Shown: positions 1-11,826, numbered from the stretch's first letter. The stretch is DNA of 64,000 nucleotides from Felis catus (GCF_018350175.1 NC_058368.1:157854001-157918000); one strand, 5' to 3'. The notes: a model not told the origin generated them from the letters alone. Numbers and translations are program-made.

Positions 1-1480
1 ATTCATTTTTAACCTGCTCATGGTCAAGAGAAAGGTAGAAAATGCCTAGTTGATATATGTGGAGCAAACAGTCAGAGCATTGATTTTTCCTTCCCTCTCA
101 GGATACCAGCAATGCTGGATCCTGGGCTGACTTGACTTCTCTCCTTCCTGTTATTTTATTTTTGCCCCCAGAAAATCACTTGGCAGCTGTCATAGCCACA
201 CAAACTCTTGGCTTGTTGGTAGCTTAGGAAAATTCAACCCTTTTCTGTTTGCTGATAATTAGAGCAAAGAAAAGCACCTGCTGGGTTATCTTATGGGAGC
301 AAAGAAGGACTAATGCCCAATCTCCAAAGAAAACTACCACTTCTCTGGTTACTCTCCTGGGCAAGGAGTTCAGTGCCACAGAGCAACTGTTTGAGTCCAA
401 GAGGAACGACATTCCTGGCTTAGAGGCTCAGCCCACAGTAGCCCCTTGGTGACAACAGACAGGACACCTCATTCCAGGAGACAGATCACCAAAGCAAATT
501 ATTTATCTATATATCTTTGAAGTCAGTGAGAAGGGCTTCCTCCTGGCTTTCTGCTCTCTGCCATTAACACCATAAACTTAACTGCTAAATATGATAGAGA
601 TTACCATGCATTCTTGTCTTCTCCTTTATTTCTACAAATCTTATCTCTCTCTCAGTCTGTGTTTCTCTCTTTCTCTCCCCCTTTGCTCCTGAAGCTTTTG
701 GACCTATTCTAAATGAAGTATATTTCATTTAGCTACTTGATCACTTGGTGCACATTGATTGAGTGTAAGGAGAGGGAAAACTATTTTAACGGCTCATTGG
801 GCTTTCAACGTCTGTAGTCAGCATGGTTCAGGCTGAACTAAATGGAATGGTATCCATGGTGAGAGAAGTGGAATGCACCAGGCTTTTGTGCCAAAGGGAG
901 ATGAAACGTGTCATATATTTGGCCATGTTGGAAGTCAGTGATTTCAAAGTTCCAATCCTGAGTTTATCATTACAAATCAAGACAAGAATCGTAATAAGAC
1001 AGAATCAGAATATATTAGAACAAGTGGAAAAATAGGATGTCATTCAAAAAAGACTTAAAAATAAAACTAGATGGAAATGGGTTAGAATAAAAAGGTGTTT
1101 AATAATTAAAGTTTAGTTTGTTTAGTTGTAATATCAGTGACTTTTTTCTTTTAAGTAATTAATCAAGTATTTCAGCCTTTAAAGGACAAATTGTAAATCC
1201 TAACAATGATCTACAATGAAATAATTGTAATGTGCCAACTTGTACAATTCATATTTTTACACTGGCAATGTAAGAGTCTGAATTGTTTGCAAAAGAGATG
1301 TTTTGCTCTTCAGGTATGGAATTGACATGTGGCTTTTTAATTTTGTTTTTGATTTATTGTGAAAAATTATTGCCTGCTTACACTTTTGAGATTTTTTAAT
1401 TTGTGGGCCTCTATTCACTTATTGGTGGAAGAAGATTTGCATTCCTGTTGGGGCTTCTCTGCCTTAGAAAGGTAAGTGTA

Positions 1481-1715
1481 GGGGCGCCTGGGTGGCGCAG
1501 TCGGTTAAGCGTCCGACTTCAGCCAGGTCACGATCCTCGCGGTCCGTGAGTTCGAGCCCCGCGTCAGGCTCTGGGCTGATGGCTCGGAGCCTGGAGCCTG
1601 TTTCCGATTCTGTGTCTCCCTCTCTCTCTGCCCCTCCCCCGTTCATGCTCTGTCTCTCTCTGTCCCAAAAATAAATAAACGTTGAAAAAATAAATAAATA
1701 AAAAAAATAAAAAAA
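1481..1715 (+). mobile_element. Young felid Can-SINE (SINEC_Fc-type), full length
   Basis: GGGGCGCCTGGGTGGCGCAGTCGGTTAAGCG head, GTTCGAGCCC B-box, (CT)n, A-tail; 15-bp TSD agaaagRtaagtgta at 1466-1480 and 1716-1730 (1 mismatch). Confidence 0.97.
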
Positions 1716-2074
1716 AGAAAGATAAGTGTAGCTGTTTGTAGAGAAAGGCTGGCCTCATAACTCTTCACCAATTTATCCAAGGACTAAATAATGACTTTTG
1801 GTTACATAGCTTCCATATGCTATTTTAATGTGTATTATTCCAGATTTGTTTTTCACAGAGTGATATTTACAGATAAGGGTAAAATGACATTGAATGTTAA
1901 AGAAGAAAGTATTGCTAAAGAACTATTCAAATACATAGGGCATTTGTCTTTATAGTTTATGGGTTGATTTTATACTACCTGTAATTCATTTGCAAGTTTA
2001 TTATGATCCTTATGTGGATATGCCTCTGGAAGCCAGATATGGAATAGGCATAGAGTATAATATGTTCATCAAGG

Positions 2075-2290
2075 GATTCTGAAGTCTAATTGCTGAGTTT
2101 CATTCTGGCATCACTCTTAGCTATATGATCTTGAAAAATTATTTAAGCTTTTTGCCTTATTTTTCTCCTGTAACAGGGGAAGTAATAATACTACATTTCT
2201 CATAGGGTTGTTGTAAATTATAGATAGTCAATTTAAAGCATGAAGCTCAGTGCCCAGCAGGTGGTAAAGGTGTAAGAAGTGTTTATAAAT
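2075..2290 (+). mobile_element. MIR SINE remnant
   Basis: Degenerate MIR core (…taataatactacatttctcatagggttgttgt…cagtgcccagca). Confidence 0.7.
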
Positions 2291-2929
2291 AATGCTTAGA
2301 TTGTCCTAGCTGCAAGTGAATCTCTGTAAAAATTCTGACAAACAATACACCTCCAAAATTAACTTTGGAAGTGGCCTACAAGTGGCATACATCTTAGGTG
2401 GAGTAAATACAATAAACAAAGCAAAGCAATAAAACCTACTTCACAGGCGTTCAGTCATTATTTCTTGTATTTAAGCAAATTGGGTATTAGGAACTCATAG
2501 ATTCATAGACTCTCTAGGTTAGATGTGGAAATTTAAGTAAGCATCACCCTTCCCAGCTGTCTCATTCAGTGTTTTCATCTCCTCTACCATATTTCCATGA
2601 AGCAGACATTCATCGTAATACTTGAACCTCTCCAGTGATGGCAACCCTATCCATGAGGAGCCAGTTTTGGTTACTGGAAAGATCATTTAGGTTTGGCTGA
2701 AAATCTGCTTCTTTTGCCTTCACCCATCCTTCCTACTTTGACTTCTATGTCTCTTCATATGTCAGTGGCTCATATATTTGAATATATTTTCTACATTCTC
2801 CATACCCTTCATTTTGCAGACACAAATTCCCAGTTACTTCAACCTTTCTCAAACGACATGATTTCAAATTCCCTAATGTTATGCATTATAAACTTTGGAA
2901 CCAAACTTATTTCATTTAGAAACTGTATT

Positions 2930-3393
2930 TAGCCACAAGTAACAGGCTTAAACCAGAAAAGGGTATATTTCCTCTCATATAAAACAAATTCTGCACTAGA
3001 CAGCCCAGAGCCAACATGATGACTCAGCAAATTCCTCAGGGTTCCAGGACCTTCTGCCATCCTGCAAGTGTGATTCTCATTCTCAGATTTTGGAGGTGAC
3101 CGTTTGGTTAGCTGTTGAATCCTCATTCTTGAGGGAGGAAAAATTAGAAGGGCCTAATGCAGTCAGGGTGCATACTTCCTGAATTGGCTTCCCCCTTTAG
3201 GGACTTCTTTTGGACACATTAACAGCAACTTCTACTTCTTGGGCAAAACCAAGCCACACGATTAACTCCAATGTAAGGGAGGAAAGGAAATGTAGTTTTC
3301 AAGCAAGGTTTCATTCCATCCTGAATGAAAGCAGGATCCTTTCAATAAGAAAAAAGGGTAGGCTAGATGTAAGGTAGGCAGCTGGCAGTCTGC
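2930..3393 (-). mobile_element. Ancient MLT1 (ERVL-MaLR, J/K/L-like) LTR remnant
   Basis: agccacaagtaacaggcttaaac… and …gcaaaaccaagccacacgattaactccaatgtaagggaggaaaggaaatgtagt resemble the reverse strand of old MLT1 LTRs; subfamily uncertain. Confidence 0.6.
3019..3033 (+). promoter_or_regulatory. Consensus NRF2/NF-E2 (CNC-sMaf) antioxidant response element
   Basis: ATGACTCAGCA followed by AT-rich AATT; motif match only. Confidence 0.4.
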
Positions 3394-4710
3394 ATCAGGA
3401 TGTTCTCTTAAAAGTCTCCTTCTGCTGGTTTTCCTGTTTCAGCAACAGTCTAGATACTAGATGACCCTGAAGGGTAGAATGGGACTACATCTGGGTGGAA
3501 ATCTGACTTCTAGAAAATGGTACCAATTAATTGAAATACCAAAGAAAAAGTAGAGAGCAGTTCTAACTTGGGCAGAACTTTGTTTATTCAACTCATTTGA
3601 GCTCAGAGTCAATAATCTTAATATTTACCAAGGCTTCCTACCCATTGAGAACTGAAAGTCTGCTCTTTCCTGGATTTTTTTCTGCTTTATACTATAACCA
3701 ACATACACATGTGGTAGATCCAAAAACCATCTTCTAAGGGTATGATTTACTAAAATACCTATGAGTAAGTGGTATAGTGGTAAGGTCATTTTAGGAAGGT
3801 AGAAGTCAGTGAATGAAGTCCTTTGTGATATGTGTATTAATGCCAAGATGTTCTAAGAAATTATTCTAGAGTACAGAGTCTTTCTGGGATTGATAGCACC
3901 TAGAAAATTTATCTAACCACCTTGCTGTCAACTTTGCTTTCTGTCCAAAGGATCTCAGATTTTACTGGAAGAGGGGAAACAAAAGCATAGTGGTACTCAT
4001 TGGGAAAAACTATAAGTAAAACCAAAGAATATGCGTGCTTACTCTACAAGGAGTCCTGGGAACTCGCAGCTGGTCTCTGAAAATGAAAGGGGATGAAATA
4101 AGAAGATTGATTGGAATATAACAGACTTCAACAAATATATCCTTTCTGGCTACAGAGAAGCTCATACTTAGCTAGCTTGACTATGGTGCTACTATAGCCG
4201 ACTATAGCCAGATGGTGGTGGTAGTAACAAGGGCCTTGCCTGTGTTTCATGAGTACAGGTTATACTTTACAGTACAGGTTATACAGTTACAGTACAGTAA
4301 CTGACTTTTTCCCAAAACTTGGAGAAAAGCATCCATTGGTTGAATCTGGGCTCTCTAGGCATAAAATGATCAGCACCAGGAATGCAGACAATATTAAGGC
4401 CAACTTAAAGATTATATTCCTTCTTCTGTTTTCTTCTTCATTTTCAGGTTAGAGTTAAAATCCTACAACCTATTATCTATGTAGTTTCCAAACACCCATC
4501 TTTCTGAAATAGGAATCAAATGTAAAACTACAATCCAGGAATAGGTGGATAAGTGCAAGTTGTGTCTGGTCTTCCCATATTCTAACTTGACTCTAACAGA
4601 ATTTTTAACTCACAGTCACTGAAGGTTTTTTTTTTTTTTTTTTTTTTTAGCAGTTTTAGCATCAAACCCAAGGAAGAAGTGACAAAATAGAATTAAAAAT
4701 ATGATTAAAA

Positions 4711-4926
4711 TTTTTTTTTGATGTTTATCTATGTTTGAGAAAGAGAGAGAGCAAGACAGAGTATGAGTGGGGGAGGGGCAGAGATTGAGGAAGACAGAAT
4801 CTGAAGCAGGCTTGGGGCTCCGAGCTGTCAGCACAGAGCCCAGCGCAGGGTTGGAGCTCAAGGACCGCAAGATCTTGATCTGAGTCCAAGTCAGACGCTT
4901 AACTGACTGAGCCACCCAGGTGCCCC
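4711..4926 (-). mobile_element. Can-SINE (older felid subfamily)
   Basis: Reverse-strand SINE ending gagccacccaggtgcccc; approximate TSD aaaaatatgatta/aagaatatggtta. Confidence 0.93.
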
Positions 4927-5046
4927 AAGAATATGGTTACTAATTTCATAAAGGCAATAGTAACTTTAGGGAAGAAAGCCCAAGGATGCCTTTTGTTTTT
5001 GCCTTATAATCATTAGGCTGTATTCTTTATGAATTCCAGTTACTAT

Positions 5047-5180
5047 CATTCGTTCATACATTCATTTATTCATCTACTTAATAAATATTACTCATTTACT
5101 TAGTACCTTAACTATATGCTTGGAATTGTGCTAAATTCTGAGAATATAAAAATTTTTAAGAAACTGTTTCTGCTATCACT
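5047..5180 (-). mobile_element. L2 3' end remnant
   Basis: cattcatttattcat…taccttaactatatgcttggaattgtgctaaattctgagaata is the reverse complement of a decayed L2 tail. Confidence 0.6.
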
Positions 5181-5239
5181 TATGAGAACTTACCTTTGTA
5201 TTGTACACTTCTTCAAGTGAACAAGTATTACAACAAATG

Positions 5240-6095
5240 TTTTTTTTAAGTATAATTGATATACAATGTTATATTTGTTTCAGGTATACAGCATATTGGT
5301 TCATCAATTCTATACATAGTGCTCACCTCGATATAGTTGCTGTTGCCAAACAACATTATTACAATATTATTGGCTATATTCCCTATGCTGTACTTCTCAT
5401 TTCTATGATTTATTTATTTTATAACTGGAAATTTGTACCTCTTAATCCTCTTTATCTATTTCATCTGTTTCCTCACCCTCTGTCTTCAGAACACCATCAA
5501 TTTGTTCTCTGTATTTAAGAGTCTGCTTTTTTCACTTGTTTTGTTGTTCAGATTCCAGATGTAAGTGAAATCATATAGTGTTTGTCTTTCTCTGACTGAC
5601 TTATTTCTCTTAGCCTAATACTGTCTATGTCCATACATGTTGTCACAAATAGTAAGGTCTCATGAGTAGACATTTTTCCAAAGACATACAGATGGCCAAT
5701 AGACACATGAAGAAATCCTCAACAACACTAATCATCAGGGAAATGCAAATCAAAATCACTGTGAGATATCACTTTATACTTGTCACAATACTAGAATTAA
5801 AAAAAAAAAAAAAAAAGAAAGAACAAGTGTTAATGAGGATGTGGAGCAAAAGGAACCCTGGTGCACTGTGGGTGGGAATGCAAACTGGTGCAGTCACTGT
5901 GGAAACAGTATGGAGGTTCCTCAAAAAATTAAAAATAGATATACCATATGATTCAGTAATTCCACTACTGGGTATTTACCCAAAGAAAACAAAACATTAA
6001 TTGTTAAAGATACATGCACCCCTATGTTGTAGCATTATTTATAGTAGTCAAGATATGGAGGCAACACAACTATCCATATATAGATGAGTGGGTAA
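5240..6095 (-). mobile_element. Carnivore L1, 5'-truncated and 5'-inverted (twin-priming structure)
   Basis: 5240-5662 is the L1 3' end on the minus strand after a T-run; 5663-6095 is ORF2 C-terminal L1 sequence on the plus strand (ORF 5662-6000 [16 protein letters not shown]…IPLLGIYPK). Confidence 0.9.
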
Positions 6096-6140
6096 TAGCA
6101 GAGAGAGCTAAATGTTAATTCTTGGTAAGTTTCACATTTT

Positions 6141-6367
6141 TTTTTTTCAACGTTTATTTATTTTTGGGACAGAGAGAGAGACAGAGCATGAACGGGGGAG
6201 GGGCAGAGAGAGAGGGAGACACAGAATCGGAAACAGGCTCCAGGCTCTGAGCCATCAGCCCAGAGCCTGACGCGGGGCTCGAACTCGCGGGGCTCGAACT
6301 CACGGACTGCGAGATCGTGACCTGGCTGAAGTCGGACGCTCAACCGACTGCGCCACCCAGGCGCCCC
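6141..6367 (-). mobile_element. Young felid Can-SINE (SINEC_Fc-type) with duplicated B-box
   Basis: Perfect 17-bp TSD ggtaagtttcacatttt (6124-6140, 6368-6384); CpGs largely intact; cgcggggctcgaact repeated at 6271-6300. Confidence 0.97.
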
Positions 6368-6505
6368 GGTAAGTTTCACATTTTAATGAGTTATTTACGT
6401 ATTAAGTTTTGTAAGAGAGTTTTCTATATAGTGCTAAAAACACAGAAAAAGTGAACATGGTTAGTAAACATTTTTTCTCTTTACAGGAGATAGAGTGTCT
6501 ACACT

Positions 6506-6650
6506 AGTGACTCTCAAGCCTGGCACATACTAGGACCACCTTGGAAGCTGGATAAATGTACTGCTGCCTGGTCTCCAGGTTGTCCAGACATTGGCATTGT
6601 TCTAAAATATCCCTAGGTGATTCTAATGTGCAACCAGGGCTAAGAATGGC
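6506..6650. mobile_element. MER5A-like hAT-Charlie MITE
   Basis: tagtgactctcaagcctggc…ccctaggtgattctaatgtgcaaccagggctaagaa. Confidence 0.7.
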
Positions 6651-7102
6651 TAGAAACTCCCACTTCTGTTGGAAAGCAAAATAATCAAGTTATGCTAATT
6701 GGCACTAAAGAATAAATGGCTCATATTGTCATTTGAACTTCCAAAATCAGTATCTAACAGAGATTCTCATAAGTGTGGCAAAGTATGATGAAGACATTCA
6801 GGTGAGGACAGAAAATATTTCAAGCAGAAGAGTCTTCTGTATTCCTTAAATTTCACCACTTGGATGACTATCCCACCTAGCTTAAACAACTGCTTTGCAT
6901 TTGTGACCCTGGCTTTTAATTCAGCTTCCTAAAGTCAAATGTGTTAAACACTTAACTGATGCTTATATTTGAGTAGATTTTTCCTAAAATGAAATTTATA
7001 GGAATGTAAATATGTTTGATTGCCCAGAGCCTCGATTGTCCATCTATCTTTGTCCCTTTGTATTAGAGCTGTGCCTATTCAGGAAAATAAAATGGATGCC
7101 CT

Positions 7103-7281
7103 CCGACTTCAGCTCAGGTCATGATCTCGTGGTCTGTGAGTTTGAGCCCCGCGTCGGGCTCTGTGCTGACCACTCAGAGCCTGGAGCTTGTTTCAGATTC
7201 TGTGTCTCCCTCTCTCTCTGACCCTCCCCCGTTCATGCTCTGTCTCTCTCTCAAAAATAAATAAACGTTAAAAAAAAATTT
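7103..7281 (+). mobile_element. 5'-truncated felid Can-SINE
   Basis: Starts at ccgacttcagctcaggtcatg (A-box missing); TSD aaatggaYgccct at 7090-7102 and 7282-7294. Confidence 0.93.
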
Positions 7282-7408
7282 AAATGGACGCCCTAAAACA
7301 ATCAATGGGGTATTACAACATTTGAACCCTCATTGGCCTTTTTAGGAACTTTTGGCTGATATGGAAGGGGTTCAGTATCAAATTTTCTAAATACTTATCA
7401 GATTTTCT

Positions 7409-7415
7409 TTTCTTT

Positions 7416-7459
<44 letters not shown>

Positions 7460-7615
7460 TCCTTCTTTCTAGAGGAATGTGTACATGTGTACAAGTGAGA
7501 GAGGGACAGAGAGAGAGAGAGAGAGAATCTTAAGCAGGCTTCATACCCAGCATGGAGCCTGATGCCAGGCTTGATCTCATGACCCTGGGATCATGACCTG
7601 AGCTGAAATCAAGAG
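7409..7615 (-). mobile_element. 5'-truncated older Can-SINE with (TTTC)n-expanded tail
   Basis: gatcatgacctgagctgaaatcaagagtcaga; TSD tcagattttct at 7398-7408 and 7616-7626. Confidence 0.88.
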
Positions 7616-7784
7616 TCAGATTTTCTAATTACCTAGAATTCATTTTCCTATATATTACACTTCTCTGTGTATTAACTTCAACACTTATACATTCATGATT
7701 AGAATGCCTGTGCTCTCCTTTTATGGGTAGGTGGTAATGCCTATTACATTTCTCAAATTCTTCGGGATAAGATGTGTGGGCAGT

Positions 7785-7995
7785 AGAATTAAAGAGCAGA
7801 ATTCACATTCTTGTTTAGTTTCTTTATGAGCCATGTGATCTTAGGTAAATCATTAACCTCTCTAAGCTTCAATTTTCTTATCTGTAAAACAGAAATGATA
7901 ATAGTTCCTTTGTTATAGTTTGGAAGATATAATGTAAGTAAAGCCCATGCCATTGTGCCTAGTACATAAGCGCTAAATATTATTATCATTATTGC
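7785..7995 (+). mobile_element. MIR SINE
   Basis: gtgatcttaggtaaatcattaacctctctaagcttcaattttcttatctgtaaaa core and gtgcctagtacataagcgct tail. Confidence 0.85.
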
Positions 7996-8568
7996 TTTTG
8001 TTGCTATTAAATTCTTTGGAGGAAAAAAAAGTTGCAGGCAAATGAATAATTGCTGTGGACATTAAGGAGTTTTCAATGGAAAAGGTTGCATTTCTCTCTT
8101 TTGCAAGTATTTGAAATGTACTGACTTGATTATCTGAAATCTAAAATCAAAAGCTATAGCAGTACATTTTATCTCAAAGGAATACTATAAAATTTCATGT
8201 TTTGTTATATGCATTATCGATGTCATATCTACCTGCCTCTTACACTATATGAGAGAGGCTAGGAAACATGCGCACACTAGAAAGGAGAGAAATGCAGTTT
8301 CTGGCGTCACAGCAATTCCTCGAGGTCGGGTGGGATGGGGTGGGATCAAATCAGTAATGTGTTGCTATAAACTCGATTTTTTTTTTTTACCATGACCTCC
8401 AATCCTTATCTGAATGTTAATAGATAGTTTTATCTGTGAACTAATTCAGGGTGAGAGACCAAACCTTGGGAAGTGCATGTAGAGATAGAAATGACCTTCC
8501 AGTCACTTTACAAAAATGTCCATGTGCTGACCCTGTCCATCTCCTTTCTCCAAAGCACAAAACTACTG

Positions 8569-9071
8569 CAGGATCTTCCTTAACTTGCGATGGGGTTACA
8601 TCCCAATAATCCCATTATAAGTTGAAAATATCATAAGTCAGAAATGTATTTAATGCACCTAAACTACTGACCATCATAGCTTAGCCTTGCCTACCTTAAA
8701 AGTGCTCAGAGCACTCATATTGGCCTACAGGTGGGTAAAATCATCCAACAGAAAGCCTATTTTATAATAAAGTATTGCATATCTCATGTAATATCTTGAC
8801 TATTTACTGAATATGAAAAACGGAATGACTGAACGGGTACAGAGTGGTTGTGAGTGTCTGGGTTGTTCATCCCGCGACCGCACGGCTGCCTGAGCTGCGG
8901 CTCTCTGCCACCACCCAGCTCCGTATCGTACAGCATATCAATAGCCTGGGAAAAGATGACAATTCAAAATTCAAAATTCAAAATGTGGTTTCTACTGAAG
9001 GTGTGTTGCTTTCACACCATCAAAAAGTCAAAAAGTTGTGAGTCCAACTGTTGAAAGTTGGTGACCATCTG
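8569..9071. mobile_element. MER47/Tigger5-family (Tc1-mariner) non-autonomous DNA transposon
   Basis: Ends cagga…cttgcgatggggttacatccc and …aagttggtgaccatctg|TA; internal cataagtcagaaatgtatttaatgcacctaa…tagcttagccttgcctaccttaaa motifs. Confidence 0.85.
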
Positions 9072-9637
9072 TATATATTTTCTCCTCTCTTAGTATGCTC
9101 TGATGTTATCTAGGTGGCTTTGTGTTATCACTCATTTCAGAAACGAAATACAAGTGGAAGCAATAAAGGGCTTAATCTGAATATTAATACAGTTTATAAG
9201 GAGTAGGAATGGAAACTAAATTCTTTTTGTTTTCTTCTTTGGCCTCATGTTTTCTTCCCTCTGGATGGCTTTTCTTCTTTCTCCTCACTGATCCTAATAA
9301 CTTATACAAACTTGTGTCATCTTTACTATATTCTCCTCTTATTTAATCCCTACTACCATGTTGACACATTAAATAGCAGTTTTTGAATTCAAGAATCGTT
9401 GCCTCCGTAGCTGTTAAGAGTGAAAGCTGGCCATGTACTATGTATGTACATACATAATTTTATAAAATTTACTTTGAATTTTACTACTGGGACAGTGATT
9501 ACAACCTTGTCCAGAGTTACTCTGTTAATTCCAAAAGTAGGCATTGAATGATGAGAAGACTGTCTAATTTCAGGAATATTTTATTTTATTTTGGGAGCTA
9601 GTGAGAATTGATGGTTGTTCATTTAGTTGTTTTTTTT

Positions 9638-9848
9638 TTTTTTCAACGTTTTTATTTATTTTTGGGACAGAGAGAGACAGAGCATGAACGGGGGAGGGGC
9701 AGAGAGAGAGGGAGACACAGAATCGGAAACAGGCTCCAGGCTCTGAGCCATCAGCCCAGAGCCCGACGCGGGGCTCGAACTCACGGACCGCGAGATCGTG
9801 ACCTGGCTGAAGTCGGACGCTTAACCGACTGCGCCACCCAGGCGCCCC
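9638..9848 (-). mobile_element. Young felid Can-SINE (SINEC_Fc-type) inserted at the tail of an older SINE
   Basis: Near-consensus with intact CpGs; TSD tagttgtttttttt at 9624-9637 and 9849-9862. Confidence 0.97.
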
Positions 9849-9855
9849 TAGTTGT

Positions 9856-10062
9856 TTTTTTTAATGTTTATTTTTGAAAGAGAGAGAGGGGGAGACTGAG
9901 TGTGAGTGGGGGAGGGGCAGAGAGAGAGAGGGGGACATAGAATCCAAAGCGGGCTTCAAGCTCTCAGTCAGCACAGAGCCAGATGAGGACTCAAACCTGT
10001 GAACCGCAAGATCATGACCTGAGCTGTTTGGACACTTAGCTGACAGAGCCACACAGGCGCCC
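9856..10062 (-). mobile_element. Older felid Can-SINE
   Basis: ttaatgtttatttttg…gtcagcacagagcc…gagccacacaggcgccc. Confidence 0.92.
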
Positions 10063-11171
10063 AGGAGTTTTTTTGTTTGTTTTTTTTTTGTTGTTGTTGT
10101 TGTTGTTTTACTTCTATCTTTATGAATTCTCCATTAAAACACTAATTTTGTTTTTGATCTCTAACAGACCAGGAAATTTATGTTCCTGTAACTATTGGAG
10201 TTCATTCTCACCTTTTTTTCTCCTATGGGAGGCATGTTTGCTCATTGCTAAGCCTTTTTCAGTTATTCATGATCCTAACTAGAATTTTTAGATGAGTTAA
10301 AATGCATTTCCTTGTAGCTTATGTGGCAGGCATCAAACGATTAAAAAACAAAATTCATTTTCCTACCAGGGGCTTAATGCGTCAGAATCTGGGGCAGAGT
10401 AAGGGTTGGAGAGAGGAAGAAAGGAACTGAAAAAAAGTAAAAGGTAAGAAGCAGGCATGGATCAGGGAAAATTCCAGCCAGAGCTGATGGACTGAGCTTT
10501 ATCAGTGCTGCTTTATGATATGTGTCAAAATAAATGTAGGAAACAGTTTTTGCTTCAAAGTTTGGAATGTTGTGGTGATATTTAAATGAAGGAATGTTAC
10601 AATTGGAAGAGCTGACCTAAAACTTTCCAAAACCATCACTTTTATTTATTAAACTTACTGAAGAGAAGAAAAGTGACAAGAAGAATCATAGATCATTTAT
10701 TTATTGGACAAAGTACTCAGAGTTCTTTTCCTTGGTAAAGCAGCAATTAAGATGGGTTTTATTATGCTCAGCATGTGTGTTTGCCTGGTTTAAATTGTTT
10801 ACATATTTACTGGCAAGGCGCTAATGAAAATAAATCAGTTCGAAGGACTTTTATCTCCCTGTCTGTGGAACACTGTGAAAGTTGCATTTTTAATGGATGA
10901 TGACCACAGTTGTTTTTAGGATTCCTGAATGAAGTCATGAAGTCTTAAAAATTTTGGAACCCAAAGTTTTGACTCATGTTACAATTTGAGCAACTGCTTT
11001 GCTTTATAGAAAAGAGTTCGGTCTAATTTTGACCAAGGCTGTGGATTATTTCTTACAAGTCAGAGGCTCATTTCCTGGGGATAATATTTTAAAGCCTCAT
11101 AACTAAGGCAATACTTTAGTTAGACTTACTTAAATTATGAGGAAAGATCCACCCAGGTCACTTTAGGGCAC

Positions 11172-11826
11172 CATTTCTCAAATCAGGTATCCTACCCTAC
11201 ACTTTAGCAGGTACATGTGCTGTAACATAAAGGCTTCAGGGCACTCTGCTAAATAGGATTAAAGTTTCTTCCTTCCTTCCTTCCTTTCTTCCTTCCTTCC
11301 TTCCTTCCTTCCTTCCTTCCTTCCTTCCTCCTTCCCTCCCTCCCTCTTTCTTCCTTCCTTCCTTCCTTTCTTCCTTCCTTCCTTCCTTCCTTCCTTCCTT
11401 CCTTCCTTCCTCCTTCCCTCCCTCTTTCTTTCTTCCTTCCTTCCTTCCTTCCTTCCTTCCTTCCTTCCTTCCTTCCTTCCTCCCTCCCTCCCTCCCTCTT
11501 CCTTCCTTCCTTCCTTCCTTCCTTCCTTCCTTCCTTCCTTCCTTCCTTTCTTCCTTCCTTCCTTCCTTCCTCCTTCCCTCCCTCTTTCTTCCTTTCTTCC
11601 TTCCTTCCTCCCTCCCTCCCTCCCTCTTTCTTTCTTCCTTCCTTCCTTCCTTCCTTCCTTCCTTCCTTCCTTCCTTCCTCCCTCCCTCCCTCCCTCCCTC
11701 TTCCTTCCTTCCTTCCTTCCTTCCTTCCTTCCTTCCTTTCTTCCTTTCTTCCTTCCTTCCTTCCTTCCTCCTTCCCTCCCTCTTTCTTCCTTCCTTCCTT
11801 CCTCCCTCCCTCCCTCCCTCCCTCCC

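Noticed and set aside
1466..1480. Perfect splice donor AAG|GTAAGT in the SINE's left TSD (similar GGTAAGT in the 6124 TSD)
   Set aside because: No matching upstream acceptor or exon found; likely coincidence
1464..1758. Recurrent MAQSVKR…/…REFEPRV… ORFs here and at 4616, 6158, 9608, 39243, 40389, 46508
   Set aside because: Can-SINE translations
5662..6000. 112-aa ORF with real protein similarity
   Set aside because: Degenerate L1 ORF2 C-terminus, not a host gene; the same applies to ORFs at 37400-39229 and 47322-48190
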